Origin: Eledone cirrhosa
Taxonomy: Eukaryota
DNA length: 44,049 bases
Direction: 5' to 3'
Assembly (NCBI GenBank): GCA_964016885.1
Contig: CAXHJY010000486.1
Location: forward strand, 1 to 44,049
How positions within the stretch are numbered: position 1 is the stretch's first letter; every line of letters begins with the position of its first letter. Under the pieces are notes generated by a model. It did not search any database. It was not told the DNA's origin and worked only from the letters and a program-made list of their open reading frames with translations. The translations under genes were made by a program, and so were the position numbers. Below are positions 28,545 to 40,589 of the stretch, in pieces.

Positions 28545-28576
<32 letters not shown>

Positions 28577-28668
28577 ACGAAGGAGTTGTGGTAAGGAACC
28601 AGATGGACCATAACGCACCAGAGTACTCAATACTTAGGGTAGTAGAGTGGGTAATAGGAGAAAGTATG

Positions 28669-28767
28669 ACTCCGACGGCAGAGCTCAAGCCGTTTCGACG
28701 GCTATTTCCGGACTAAAGTAAGAGTTTTTTTAGTCTGGTAAATAAATAGCCGAACTTTTCAAGGAGT
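28669..28767 (-). ncRNA. Type I hammerhead ribozyme with compensatory U3-A8 core and full stems
   Basis: Minus strand: ACTCC-TTGAAAA-G(TT)CGGCTATTT...AAATAGCCG(T)C-GAAA-CGGC-TTGAGCTCT-GCCG-TC-GGAGT. All three stems pair; GUC triplet. Confidence 0.82.
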
Positions 28768-29230
28768 ACTTCCTTATATGGGAAGATTGTAGTTGTCAAA
28801 AGGATTGGTCACAATTTACACAGAAAAGTCTATCATGGCAGTGGGTGAGGGGTGGGGGTGGCTGAACTTGCCTGTAGAACGATAGGGGAGTTGGTAGAGT
28901 CGGTCAAGTGTTGAAGGTGAAATCTACACGGCAAATTCTAAGGAATGTGTATGAAAGTAGGTCAGAGGAGGTAGGCGAAAAAAGGTTTCTTTAGAAAAAG
29001 GAGGAGGGACGTTATAGAAATAGTAAATCGAATGCATTTAGAGGACAAAGAAAAAATATAATAAAAAAGAATATAATAAAAAATAAGAGAAAGATATATC
29101 AGAATGTAAGATTGAAAAGTGAGAAGTGAAATAAAACAAAAACTAAGAAGCCTAACACGGCTGCTATATTTAGTTGGTTCTGCTTTTTCGGCCAATGGTA
29201 TAGAATGAGTTGCTAGATGAGAATTATTGA

Positions 29231-30631
29231 GGACAAACGGAACACAAAATTCATCCAGTTTGACATAGAGTTACTATGCTCCTTACGGCGGCCTTGGACT
29301 TTGCCGAAACACTCGCGCGCATCACTGACCAGGAAAGAAATATCATTCCCTACGCCAGGAAGACAGTCCTACTTTTCAACAACTCCAAGTGGATAAAGGG
29401 ATCTCCCGACTCCCCCTTCGACGTCAGCATGGGCGCAACCGATTCGGCCGAGGTCACCGATCTTATAGGATTATTCCTACTATTTAAACTCACTGAAATG
29501 TTTCCCGCATTCGGCGGTGGATTGTACCGAGACGATGGGCTCCTTACCCTCAAATGGTACAACCCCAGTAGTACAGACCGGGTCCGTAAACAACTTATCA
29601 ACTTTTTCCGGGACTGGGGATTTAAAATCACCCTACAAACGTCCCTAACCCGAGTAAATTTCCTGGACGTTACCCTCAACCTCGAAAATGATCTGTACTA
29701 CCCATACAGGAAACCAAACGACAACCTGCACTACATCCACCGCCGCTCTAACCATCCTAGAAACATCACCAATAATCTGGTTAAACACATCTCCCTCCGC
29801 ATATCTCGTTTGTCCGCTAATGAGCAGATATTCGACGAACATACGCCTCATTACAACCAGGCCCTCGAGCGGAGTGGCTTCCGGGAGGAAATATCCTTTT
29901 ATCCCGCTTCCCCTAGCGGAACCAGCAGGCGACGTCGCCGATCACGCCACGTAACGTGGTTCAATCCTCCCCACAATGCCGAGATGGCAACACCTATCGG
30001 GAAAAATCTTCTTTAGGCTCCTCGAAAAACACTTTCCATCACAACACCGCTACCACAACATAATCAACAAAAACACTATCACGCTATCCTACAGCACCAC
30101 ACCTAACTTCGCACAAAACATCGTCTCCTCAAAAAACTCAACCTCTATGGAAGAAACAACCTAGAAATTAGTGGAGAGCCGACCATGAGGTGTAACTCCC
30201 CTGATGGATCTACGTGCCCCCTCAACAACAGATGCCGAGAACGTAACGTGATCTACCAGTGCAACGTGAGGACGGACACCGCCAACAAAGCTTATATAGG
30301 AATAACCGCTTGTGACTTTAAGACCCGGCTCTACCAACACCGACATACTTTCCGAAACCGGGTCCGACGACGTGCCACCACACTTTCGAGCCATATCTGC
30401 GACCTCCAAGATAATAATATAACTTACCATTTTACTTGGAGCTTACTGTTCAGAGCTAACTCTTACACGGAAAGACGCCGTCCGTGTAACTTATGCTCTG
30501 AGGAAACATTACAAATGCTGTTTACGAAGGATCAACTCCTAAACAAAAAAGACGAACTGGTAACAGCATGCAAACCCAAATTGCAGAAGACTTACCTCGC
30601 TCTCAAACCCCCTAACGATCCGGGTGGGTAG
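29231..30631 (+). pseudogene. PLE reverse transcriptase + GIY-YIG endonuclease, disrupted
   Basis: FIQFDIE (motif A, followed by a small deletion), PFDVSMGATDSAEVTDLIG, GLYRDDGL, VNFLDVTLNL, YIHRRSNHP, TWFNPP; frameshift near 30010 and stop at 30162-30164; CPLNNRC..NVIYQC..AYIGIT..FKTRLYQH; CNLCSEE; LLNKKDEL. Confidence 0.94.
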
Positions 30632-31180
30632 ACAAGGGCTGGAACACCCCACTTGCCGAATAAGATAGGGAAACCCCAACTTATATAGGTAGATGTACCT
30701 CTTTTCTTTTCCTCTGTGTTTTCTTCTTCCCTTTGTATCCTCCTATCACTTCTTTCCACCACCGATCTTCTTCCTCGTTCTTTTTTCCCCTTTCGCCTAC
30801 CCCGAGGCAGCCCATCGGACATCCTTAGCCTCAGTACCCCCACCCCAGTAACTTATAGATAGCATTGGCCGATTACGCTATACTAACTATTCATAGCAGC
30901 TGTGTTCGACTCCAGAGATGTGGTATTAATTTTTAATATCCAATTCTAAATGTTCAATAATTCTCATCTAGCAACTCATTCTATAGCATTGGCCGAAAAA
31001 GCAGCACCAACTAAATATAGTAGCCGTGTTAGACTTCTTAGTTTTTGTTTTATTTCACTTCTCACTTTCCAATCGTACAAGTTCAGCCACCTCCACCCCG
31101 CACCCACTGCCATGATAGACTTTCCTGTGTAAATTGTGACCAATCCTTTTGACAACTACAATCTTCCCATATAAGGAAGT

Positions 31181-31279
31181 ACTCCTTCAAAAGTTCGGTT
31201 ATTTATTTACCAGACTAAAAAAACTCTTACTTTAGTCCAGAAATAGCCGTCGAAACGGCTTGAGCTCTGCCGTCGGGGT
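31181..31279 (+). ncRNA. Second copy of the U3-A8 hammerhead, with a G5C substitution (probably inactive)
   Basis: ACTCC-TTCAAAA-G...C-GAAA-CGGC..GCCG-TC-GGGGT; same stems as 28669-28767. Confidence 0.72.
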
Positions 31280-31309
31280 CATACTTTCTCCTATATATAT
31301 ATATATAGT

Positions 31310-32620
31310 GTGTTTTGAATTACATGGGTCGGAAACTACTATGGTGCAACGCATATAACCTATGAATAAACAGAAAATACATAATAGCCGGAAAAAGTGA
31401 ATTAAAATGTACTAACCATTTCAATAACTTATTAAACTCCTGATAGAGTTTGTTTCGCCGAAAATTAGTGGCTGTGTCACATAATCCTAGGGCTTTTCAA
31501 CAGGAGTAAGTATTATATGAACAGCACACCTAGAGATAATTTAGGTAACAAAATATCGCACATGGTGTATATAGTAAGAGAACAGGTAAAACCTCGTGTG
31601 ACAGACATCACATAGTGGTATGAGTGGATCGTAAAACGGCTAGAAAGGGCAGCCTAAAGCCACTCAACTTCAAAAGCCCAACAGAGAACGAGAGAAATCG
31701 TTAGGAGCCGAATTCAAATGAAAAACGGAATTAAAAACTCGCATTAATATCCTGTAATTAATGAGCTCATATATAAAAACTGTCCATTGCTTTTGAGATA
31801 TTGGAAATGTGATCGGAGAGCAGCTGGCAGAAATAGAAGGATTGCAGGTTTTTAAGAATGAGACACTCTGTAGCACGTTTCCAAAGATCAAAGTATCTGG
31901 CTGGAAAGAGAGAGAGTGGGGTGTAAATACAAGGTTTACACTGAATGCACTGTTTGAGAGTATGTAATGAATGTTGTTAGTGCTAGATGCGTTGTTGGTT
32001 TGAAGTGATTGAAAGTATTTTCGCACTTGGTGTGTATGTATGCAAGTGGTAAGGATAGTTCGTTTTACGGGGAAGGTTTGAAAATTTGTGAAATGAATGC
32101 ATTGGGAAATTGGATTCAACGCGTGCGACAATGGTATATATTTTTTCAAGATTGAGAAGTGAGGGCAAATTTGAGATCTTTTTTGTAAGAGATCAAAAAA
32201 ATCGACTGCCGTTTAGGCGGCAAGGGAGGTGGAGAACCGTGAGATGCATGAAGGAATTTCATGGTTCGATTAATGACCGTACAAGGGTTGCGGTGCTAGA
32301 AAAACGCCGCCAAGTTTTGGAGAACTAAAGATTTTAAAAGGAAAAGTATGTGTGGTCCACGTATTAGTAAGAAAGTATGTTGAAACGAAGTCCACGGAAA
32401 GTTGAAACGAAGAGATGGAGGTATTGACCAACGGGTTTTGATCAATTTCTTATTTGGAACTTTTGGAACTGTAATATGTGTTGGGAGGTTATAGAAATCC
32501 CTTACTGACGACAACAAGAAATTGACTAGAAGTACGGCTAGCTTTGCGAAAGTGGGCGCCAGTATATTCCTAATAAACGGGAATATGATGGATCCTCTAA
32601 GTCATTTATAACAATTTAGC
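31310..32620 (-). mobile_element. Highly decayed PLE-like 3' fragment (Neptune-like?)
   Basis: The minus-strand ORF has faint GIY-YIG-like spacing (STNNIHYIL..., VFHLNSAPND at the end), followed by an HHR-like motif and (TA)n. Weak; boundaries are approximate. Confidence 0.4.
31436..31507 (-). ncRNA. Degenerate hammerhead motif
   Basis: Minus strand: ACTC-CTGTTGA-AAA-GCC...GGC-GAAAC...TC-A-GGAGT; one core mismatch (A6U) and a poor stem III. Confidence 0.5.
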
Positions 32621-32730
32621 AGAATGGTGACAGAAAGAGGCAAGCAAGAAGAGCAAGATTACATTGTTTACAACACGTGTTTATTTATTCAAGAAGCGAT
32701 TTATTCCTCGAGTGAACGAAACAACCACTA

Positions 32731-32734
32731 TTCA

Positions 32735-32766
<32 letters not shown>

Positions 32767-32836
32767 CATATATATATACACATACACACACATGATATAT
32801 GAGGTATATATATATATGTGTGTGTGTGTGTATATA

Positions 32837-32928
<92 letters not shown>

Positions 32929-32959
32929 AATATACATATCTACACACACAGACACACAC

Positions 32960-32992
<33 letters not shown>

Positions 32993-33243
32993 CTGATATA
33001 CAGATATACCCCTAAAGATATTATGGATCTCTATAAATGTGAGAGAGGGAACTTAATACGAATTACTACTAATGATAATGCTTATTGAAAACATAATTGT
33101 GATGCTGATATTTGGCAGAGCTTAACGGAAAAACATGATATTTAGAGTAAAAGAACAATTGTAATATCAATGAAAAATCAAAGGAATCGAACAGTGTCTA
33201 CAGATTAACGGAATAACAATTGTTATTAAAGGAGTATTTATCT

Positions 33244-33274
<31 letters not shown>

Positions 33275-33342
33275 ATATGTGTGTGTGTATATATATATGT
33301 GTGTGTGTGTGTGTACATATATATATATATATACATATATAA

Positions 33343-33407
<65 letters not shown>

Positions 33408-33575
33408 TACATATATACATATATACATATGTATTTATCTCTCTATATATACATATATATACATACATAAATATATCTATATATCTATATCTATACATGT
33501 ATATATATACACACATACACACAAACACACAAACACACGCACACACACATACACACACATACATACATACATATG

Positions 33576-33620
<45 letters not shown>

Positions 33621-33629
33621 ATATATATT
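32731..33629. repeat. Compound (CATA)/(TA)/(TG)/(CA)/(TATATG) microsatellites with a 240 bp non-repetitive gap
   Basis: Direct reading. Confidence 0.9.
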
Positions 33630-34844
33630 ATTGATAAATCTCGTGATTGTTAATCACATCATCTCCAATAACAACAACAACAATGCTAACACTGACATGT
33701 ACGTCTACTTCAGCATTGTCCAATAACAGCAGCAATTGTATCAGTAAAAAAAAAATAATAACAGAAACGAAACAGAAAATAGCTGTAAATAATGAGAAGA
33801 ACAAGTCCATTATGGGAATTGAAAATAACGAAGGCGGCGTTGCTATGACAACGTTATGCGTGGTAGGAATATCTGCAGCTGGAATGCCAGCACTTTGCTG
33901 TGTGTGTTGGCTCATGTTGCTGCCGATGTTGTTGCTACCATTGTAGTAGTTTTACTACTCTCCACCTTCCATGTTGTCATGGAAATTGATACACTCTACG
34001 GCATGGTTTAATTTTCTGTCTCGCTATCAACAACAACGTCATAATAACTCAAACATAAATTCCATACCATTTCTTTCTTCTCTTTTGATAAATGGTTCAT
34101 ATGATTTATCTTCAATTACTGGTTTACGTACTTATCGAAAAATAGCGGGTGATACACAAGGATACTTCCATAGATTAAGAAGCGGCTCTGAGTGAAAAGC
34201 TTTGTAGGATTGGCCAAAATCTAGATCAATATAGCTAGGGCTGTTAGAAAGAGAGGTTTCATGTAGGAAATTATTTAATGCTTGTTTGAAGAATATTATA
34301 ATAGAATCTACTTGAATACTAAAACAATCACAAAAGATACGTTTTAATGTTTCTACTATCTCGATATACATCAGTTTTTGTCTTGATTGTGCTTGCTGAT
34401 ATCTTGCAAGTGCCTATTATATAACGTTTAATATTTAGTTTGATCGTATTCTTGTCTGTTTTGTTTGTAATATTAGTCAAATAAAACATGATGCAATCCA
34501 GGGTCTTCTCACTCCTGTTAGAGAAACCCCTCCCTGATTGACCTCCTTCTGTTAAGGTTTGGTCATGTCAGGTGTGTAGCCATACTCAACACGCTTGGCC
34601 AAATGTGGGGGTTGGGGAGGTTATTCAACCCCAGTTGGGTTGGATGGCCGTTTACTCTAAAGAGTTCATCCGCCCTTTTTGCAGCTCTTTTTTTGTGATA
34701 CTAAGTTTCCATTTACCCTCTTCCCCAGATCGGGGTCTTTTGGGGGAACCGGTTTAATCGTGGACCACTTGACCATGAAGCAGGTTGTGCTTGGTTACAT
34801 GGCACCAGTAGCAGGTAGAAACCTAACCATGACCTGACAATAAT

Positions 34845-35021
34845 TTTTTCTGCTTTGGGCACAAGGCCAGCAATTACCCAGTGTATTACTTGTACTTTAT
34901 TTTATCGACCCGTAAGGATGAAAGGCAAAGTTAACCTCGGCGGGATTTGAACTCAGACCGTAAAGAGACGTAACTCTATGCTTCAAAGCATGGTGTCCGA
35001 CTCTCTACCGATACTGCCAAT
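34845..35021 (-). mobile_element. Family A SINE (short form) with TSD
   Basis: CTGACAATAAT at 34834-34844 and 35022-35032 flanks the element. Confidence 0.93.
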
Positions 35022-35040
35022 CTGACAATAATAATAATAA

Positions 35041-35045
<5 letters not shown>

Positions 35046-35103
<58 letters not shown>
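35046..35103. repeat. (TG)n microsatellite
   Basis: Direct reading. Confidence 0.95.
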
Positions 35104-35107
<4 letters not shown>

Positions 35108-35753
35108 TGTGGGTGCTATTATACTAATATAAAAAATATATATGTGTATACTATTCAACTTACTTCGACAACTGCTATCATCCTTGTTGCGATGCAAGAT
35201 CACCTCGTGTGGATTTGAAGGTGGTACATTCACTGTAAAGATAATAATAGAAACATAAAACAACATCATGAGAATTATATTGCAACAATAATTTGTTTGA
35301 AAGGTGTTAAAATAAGATAAAATCATTGAAAACTCATTTTCCTTCTGGTGCCAAAATAATAAAAAAAGGTTTCTAAAAGAAAATATATAATGGACATTGT
35401 ATTAAAATAACATGACAGTAAAACTTGAGATGATACTGTAGTAAATAAAATGTGTATGTTCCATCAGCAATAAATTTGTTTTATAGTGTAAGTGCTTGTG
35501 GCAAAGTAACACTTAATGCGAAATTTCATATACCAATAGATTTTGTCATATTGATGATTGATGAAAGCGAATGAAATCAATCTAACAGATATGCAATTCT
35601 CTGGCTGGTTATCAATACGACAATGAAAGAAACACTGAGTAACTGACCTAGGAAATATTAGAAGGTAACTTTAGGAAATATAAATTAATTTCAATTAAAT
35701 TAAAGTGAGAATGAAACGAAATAACTACAAATACACTATATTTTTCAATTTTC

Positions 35754-35974
35754 ATTGGCAGTGTCAGTAGAGCGTCGGACACCCTGCTTCGTAGCATAGA
35801 GTTACGACCCTTCAAGTTCTGAGTTCAAATCCCACTGAGGTTAGCTTTGCTTTTCATCCTTACGGGGTCGATAAATAAAGCACCAGTAACACATTGGGGT
35901 CGATTTAATTGACCCCCCCCCCCACACACACACACTTCAAATTGCTGACATTGTGCCTAAAGTAAAAACAATTA
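35754..35974 (+). mobile_element. Family A SINE (long form)
   Basis: Head, B box, core, the extra GGGGTCGATTTAATTGAC-C-rich segment and tail. Confidence 0.9.
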
Positions 35975-36431
35975 TTTAGGGGAGATTGCTGAAATACACA
36001 CTGGTCTTGTTGAAGGGAACAGCATTGACTATATGGGCGTAGTACTTGACAATTAGAAAGTTGTTAAGAATATTGATCAATTAAGGTTTGCCAACTAGTT
36101 GGACAATCTTTGATTGTGTCGGGAGGTATCGTTCCCGATGTTTGAACAATGCACTAACTAGAAACCCTATACTCGTTCATTCGACCTACAATAATTTACA
36201 ATGAAGTCTCCCTCAAATTTACTTCTAGTTTCTTTAAAATATAAGTGCACATTAAATAATGTAGGCCTACTCAACTTTAGTTTCTTTGAAATATGAGGGT
36301 ACATTAGATAGACCCCTAAACAGACAGAATGGGTACAAAAAATATACTTTCCATCACATATCTGCTCAATCATGAATGACCTAAAATCAACAACTAGTGC
36401 ATGTTTTGTACCTCATATATCATCATTAATT

Positions 36432-36598
36432 GTGTCGTTGTTCAGCCCTAGGTAAGTTCTGGTATAGCACACCTATGATCACAGGAATTCCAGCTATGGC
36501 TATCTCGTCTTTCTTTCAAGAATAAAATATCCGGGACTCTATTATCGAATATCTCTTTAAAGACAAGAGTGTGTGATTTGGCTATTATTACTAGCAAC
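36432..36598 (-). mobile_element. Family B short interspersed repeat, diverged
   Basis: Minus strand TTGCTAGTAATAATAGCCAAATCACAC...AGACGAGATAGCCATAGCTGGAAT...GGGCTGAACAACGAC parallels the copies at 11549 and 15352. Confidence 0.55.
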
Positions 36599-38335
36599 TC
36601 TCTCTTCCAGGATTGAAGTATTTTCTGGTGCTCAAATAGATACTCAGTAAGAGCACAATATGGATAGGATAGCTACGAGGGGAGGTTATAAAAAGAAACA
36701 TTAGTTTTAGGTTATTAGAAATACAAAAGGAGTTTGTCAGAAAATTATTATGCCAAATGTGGTCGAAGGACCATCCGGATGTAAAAAACAGTGACATTGT
36801 TATTATCGAAGATTTTTAGAATAAAGTATTGCTTATATGAAACGAGAAGGGGTGTTTTCAATTGTTCAGCTTTAAATAGAAATCATACTGATATGCACTG
36901 AGAAAGAAGAAAAAGTAAAGGCGACAAGAAGGTTATTGTTTATAATTGCTTCTACTAAAATACAAGTTTAGGCTTGCCGTTAACGAAGTTGAAAAAAGGA
37001 AAGGATAGTGTTTCGTAAATTATCTATAAAAGACATGCTTTAGCTTTGGAATGCATGATTCGGTTACCTTAGGGCTTCGTGACAATAGATGTTTCGTCGC
37101 TGCTAAGAAGATATTCAAGGGAGTTAGGTAAAGATGTATTTGCATATATAAAATAATTCACTACATAATTCACTGATACGTAAAAATTATGATGTAATGA
37201 AATAACGCAGAATTTAAGAGAATTAAGATGCCGGACATAAGGGTTTACGATTTTCCTTTAATTTCGTTGCGGTGTTTACTAACATTCTAAGTTGAAAATC
37301 CACTGAGTTTGACTTTGTGATTTATCATTCTGAAGTTGAAAAACTCAATATCAAATGAGTATAGGTAACCTTACAATCTACACTTCTGCTCCACTTCTAA
37401 ATTCTAAGGAGGGTAAGACGTTGATTGATGCAGCTCATCGCCGAAATTTCAAACAATTGACTTTATACGCTCTCGTGCATAGACACAATTTTTATATAAT
37501 TCGCGACACTATATATAATGGCTAAGAATATGAGACTTAATTATCAATACATTAGCCTGTTAAAATAATTGATATCGAAGAAAAGTAAGATGCGTGATAG
37601 ATATATCGAATTTGGATCAAGAGGAAAAGTCAGGTAACAACAGTCATTAATTCCAGTCTGGTGAAAATTAAATAACATTCTTCTCCAACACAATGTGATA
37701 ATAATTTCCTTAGAACTAGGTAATGAGAGATATCATTGAAAACAGAGGAGGAATTAGACTCTGAAAATATTTACAATGTATATAAAGAATATGATGTGTG
37801 CTATAAAATAGAAAGTAAACGTACAGCGTTATAATTCCTTGTATCAGTTAGAGATATTGAAAATGACATGGGCTATACATAAGGTTATCGTTACACAACT
37901 GTATAGTTTCGAGTACATTCCACGGCGAGGTATCTTGGATAGATATTTATACTAAAGAGTCTGGGATGAAATTTAGTTTCTGTCTTAACAGTGTGTATAG
38001 CACACTATGTCGAAATATTGATATACATTATAAGGCAAAAAATTAAGTTGTTTTCACAACAGCAATCTACGCTAATTATTTATCCAATCCTAAGAATTTA
38101 TTTAACTCAAATCCATTTGAAATATACCGGTGTTAAACATGTTTCCGTCTGCTAATCCTTTTGTTTTGTTCCTCAATAAAACTCACCGCATTCAGAATGG
38201 TTTAGCATTTCCCGTCATCAGAGGCCATATATTATATGTACTTATATTTCAGATCAAAGTTTATTGCATGTAGGTTCCACAATTCAACGGTCAAGCAACA
38301 AACACAAGCATACATACATGTTTATACACACAGGC

Positions 38336-38376
<41 letters not shown>

Positions 38377-38380
<4 letters not shown>

Positions 38381-39915
38381 TATATGTTGGTTGTATACCA
38401 ACACCTCAGTATGCAGATTGGAGCACTTGACGAAGTGCGCATGTTGGTTGGGTTACTCCGGACTAATGTAAAATAAAATAAAATAAATAAGTCAAATGTT
38501 TAAAATTTAGCTTCGTTTATTACTGCTATATATATTTCGGTGACAGCCATCTTTGGCTGTGACCTCTTCAGGCAGTCCGAATTAGTGTGATATAGACAAG
38601 TACATATGTTGTTGAGGTGTACAACTTTGTTAATACTCTGATATGCCCAGTTCCTGGTTGGGATGTTATTTCACTGAGGAACTGGAATCATATGAATTCA
38701 AACAAACGAATTTCAGTGTCAAAGGGCCTCTTCTCCTCTCGTTGGTCAGTTGTTAGAACATTCCTCATTCAAAAGTCTATAGAAATTCGTTCTGAGCCAA
38801 GCCAATCCGTAGTTGTTGTTATTGTTAGGTACATCTGACCTCAATTCTTGTGTTGGTAGTGTTGTTATTGTTGGTGTTAGCTCAAAAAAATTGATAAAGT
38901 GGTAGAAGGAATAAGATGGTAAAGGAACAAAATAACAAAAAAATGTCAAACTTCCCATTAGTCAGTTTTGAGAGCATTCCTCTCTCTTATTTTGCATCTA
39001 TGTACTTTTTGTTTTGATTCATGTGGCAGAAGAAGATATTAACTAATTGTTTGCTTAATTACTGCGTTTCATACTTTAATTTACATTCCGTTCTACTGTA
39101 CGGTACTATCGTTCAATATATGGATAATATATCCATAATATCCAATATTGATCCCTTTTCAAAATTTCTTACTATAATTTTTCGTTCTACTGTACGGTAC
39201 TATTGTTCCATATATTGATAATATATCTGTAGTATCCAATATTGACCCCCTTTTCGAAACTTCTTACTATAATTTAAACATCTCCCTATTTATTTTATAT
39301 ATATATATTTTTATTTACTTCAATCAAGATTTTAACTTTTAATTTCTAATTTTCAATCTTAATTTCCTCTGTGAAACCATAATATCTAGAATTAATTTTA
39401 TATTCTCTTAGCGAGGGTGGTCAACTCTATTGTCCAAGTATAAATTAGGGGTAGTATTGAGGCCTATTGAAACTCATACTCTGCCACCACTACTAGGTTT
39501 CGGTCAACCTCCATTGGCAGGGCAAATAGCAGTAAACTTTAACCGTGTCATATTACGGGCCTGGATGGGGGTGATTGTTTTGGTTGAGGGTGGGGGGAAC
39601 TTGCCTAGGCTAGTTTCGTTGAGTTTGGGGTAGTGGATGGTTCCTTCACTTTTGCATCTGCGCTAACCTGTGGGGGTGGTTTGGGGCTCACAAGGGACGG
39701 ACGAGGGATTCAAGAACACGCGCCTTGTCCGTTCCCTTGTCGTTTCAATTTGGATTGCCTCGGGAACGTAACCTTATTATGTAAAAAGGTGTCTGATGAT
39801 GTCATGGCACTGGGTACACGGAATCGTGTGGCCACTGTCGTCATTGAAATATGTATCACAGCATTATAATTAAAGGACTTTAACATCTGAAACTACTTCG
39901 CATTTTCTTATTCTA
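38377..39915 (-). mobile_element. Probable PLE 3' region/pseudo-LTR without recognisable ORF
   Basis: Bounded by (TA)n and (TA)/(TG)n; a canonical HHR followed by AATAAA lies near the left end; internal 95 bp tandem duplication (39086-39275). The right boundary is inferred. Confidence 0.6.
38522..38576 (-). ncRNA. Type I hammerhead ribozyme, canonical core, minimal palindromic stem III
   Basis: Minus strand: ACTGC-CTGAAGA-GGT(C)ACAGCCA-AAGA-TGGCTGT(C)ACC-GAAA-TATATA-TA-GCAGT, immediately followed by AATAAA. Confidence 0.92.
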
Positions 39916-39920
39916 TATAC

Positions 39921-40022
<102 letters not shown>

Positions 40023-40526
40023 CGAAATGCCCACAAATAATGTATCTAATGTTATAGAGCTTATAATGATTTTATTAAACAAATAAAATCTATGCTTTTC
40101 AGGTCATGGCAACATGAAACGTTAATCATTATATGCAATTTATATTAAATATTAATTACCGTTAATCACTAGGTTTATCAAGTTACCCAGTTTTCGCTTT
40201 TAGTTAATCATAGCCTTAAATGTAAATAAAAGTCACTTAATTTCTACGTTTATAGCAAAACTATATGATAAAACGCTACCGTTTTGGTAGTACATTTTAA
40301 TACTAAGAATCCTAGCAGTAGTCACGTGACTTGGTACGGGCGTTTTAGGCAGAATATTTATCATGTCTAAATATTTAAGCGGTAATTATATTTGTTAATT
40401 TGCAATTTCTTCTTATTTATTCGTCATTTGCAAATTGATAAATTAGAAGTGTGAAATAGGAAACATTTCTTCTGAAGATTGACTGAATAAGTCCACTACG
40501 TGGTATCTGTCTTGCATTTATATCCC

Positions 40527-40582
<56 letters not shown>

Positions 40583-40589
<7 letters not shown>

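Larger units (their letters stand above)
27432..28548 (+). mobile_element. 5'-truncated PLE (Neptune-like GIY-YIG) with an inverted copy of its 3' end at the 5' side
   Basis: 27432-27572 is the inverse of 28409-28548; a GIY-YIG fragment and an HHR-like motif lie between them; (TA)n flanks. Confidence 0.88.
28575..31294 (+). mobile_element. 5'-truncated PLE (Nematis-like) with inverted pseudo-LTR and one-sided tail
   Basis: 28654-29230 is the inverse of about 30954-31294 (the right arm lacks 28871-29106). RT and GIY-YIG lie between them; (TA)n on both sides. Confidence 0.94.

Noticed and set aside
33628-33946. Overlapping ORFs with hydrophobic stretches on both strands
   Set aside because: Built from degenerate trinucleotide repeats; no family motif or clear splice structure.
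34492-34840. GC-rich segment with a possible HDV-like ribozyme on the minus strand
   Set aside because: P3- and P4-like hairpins can be drawn but no P1 partner or proper J4/2 was found; probably an unclassified retroelement fragment.
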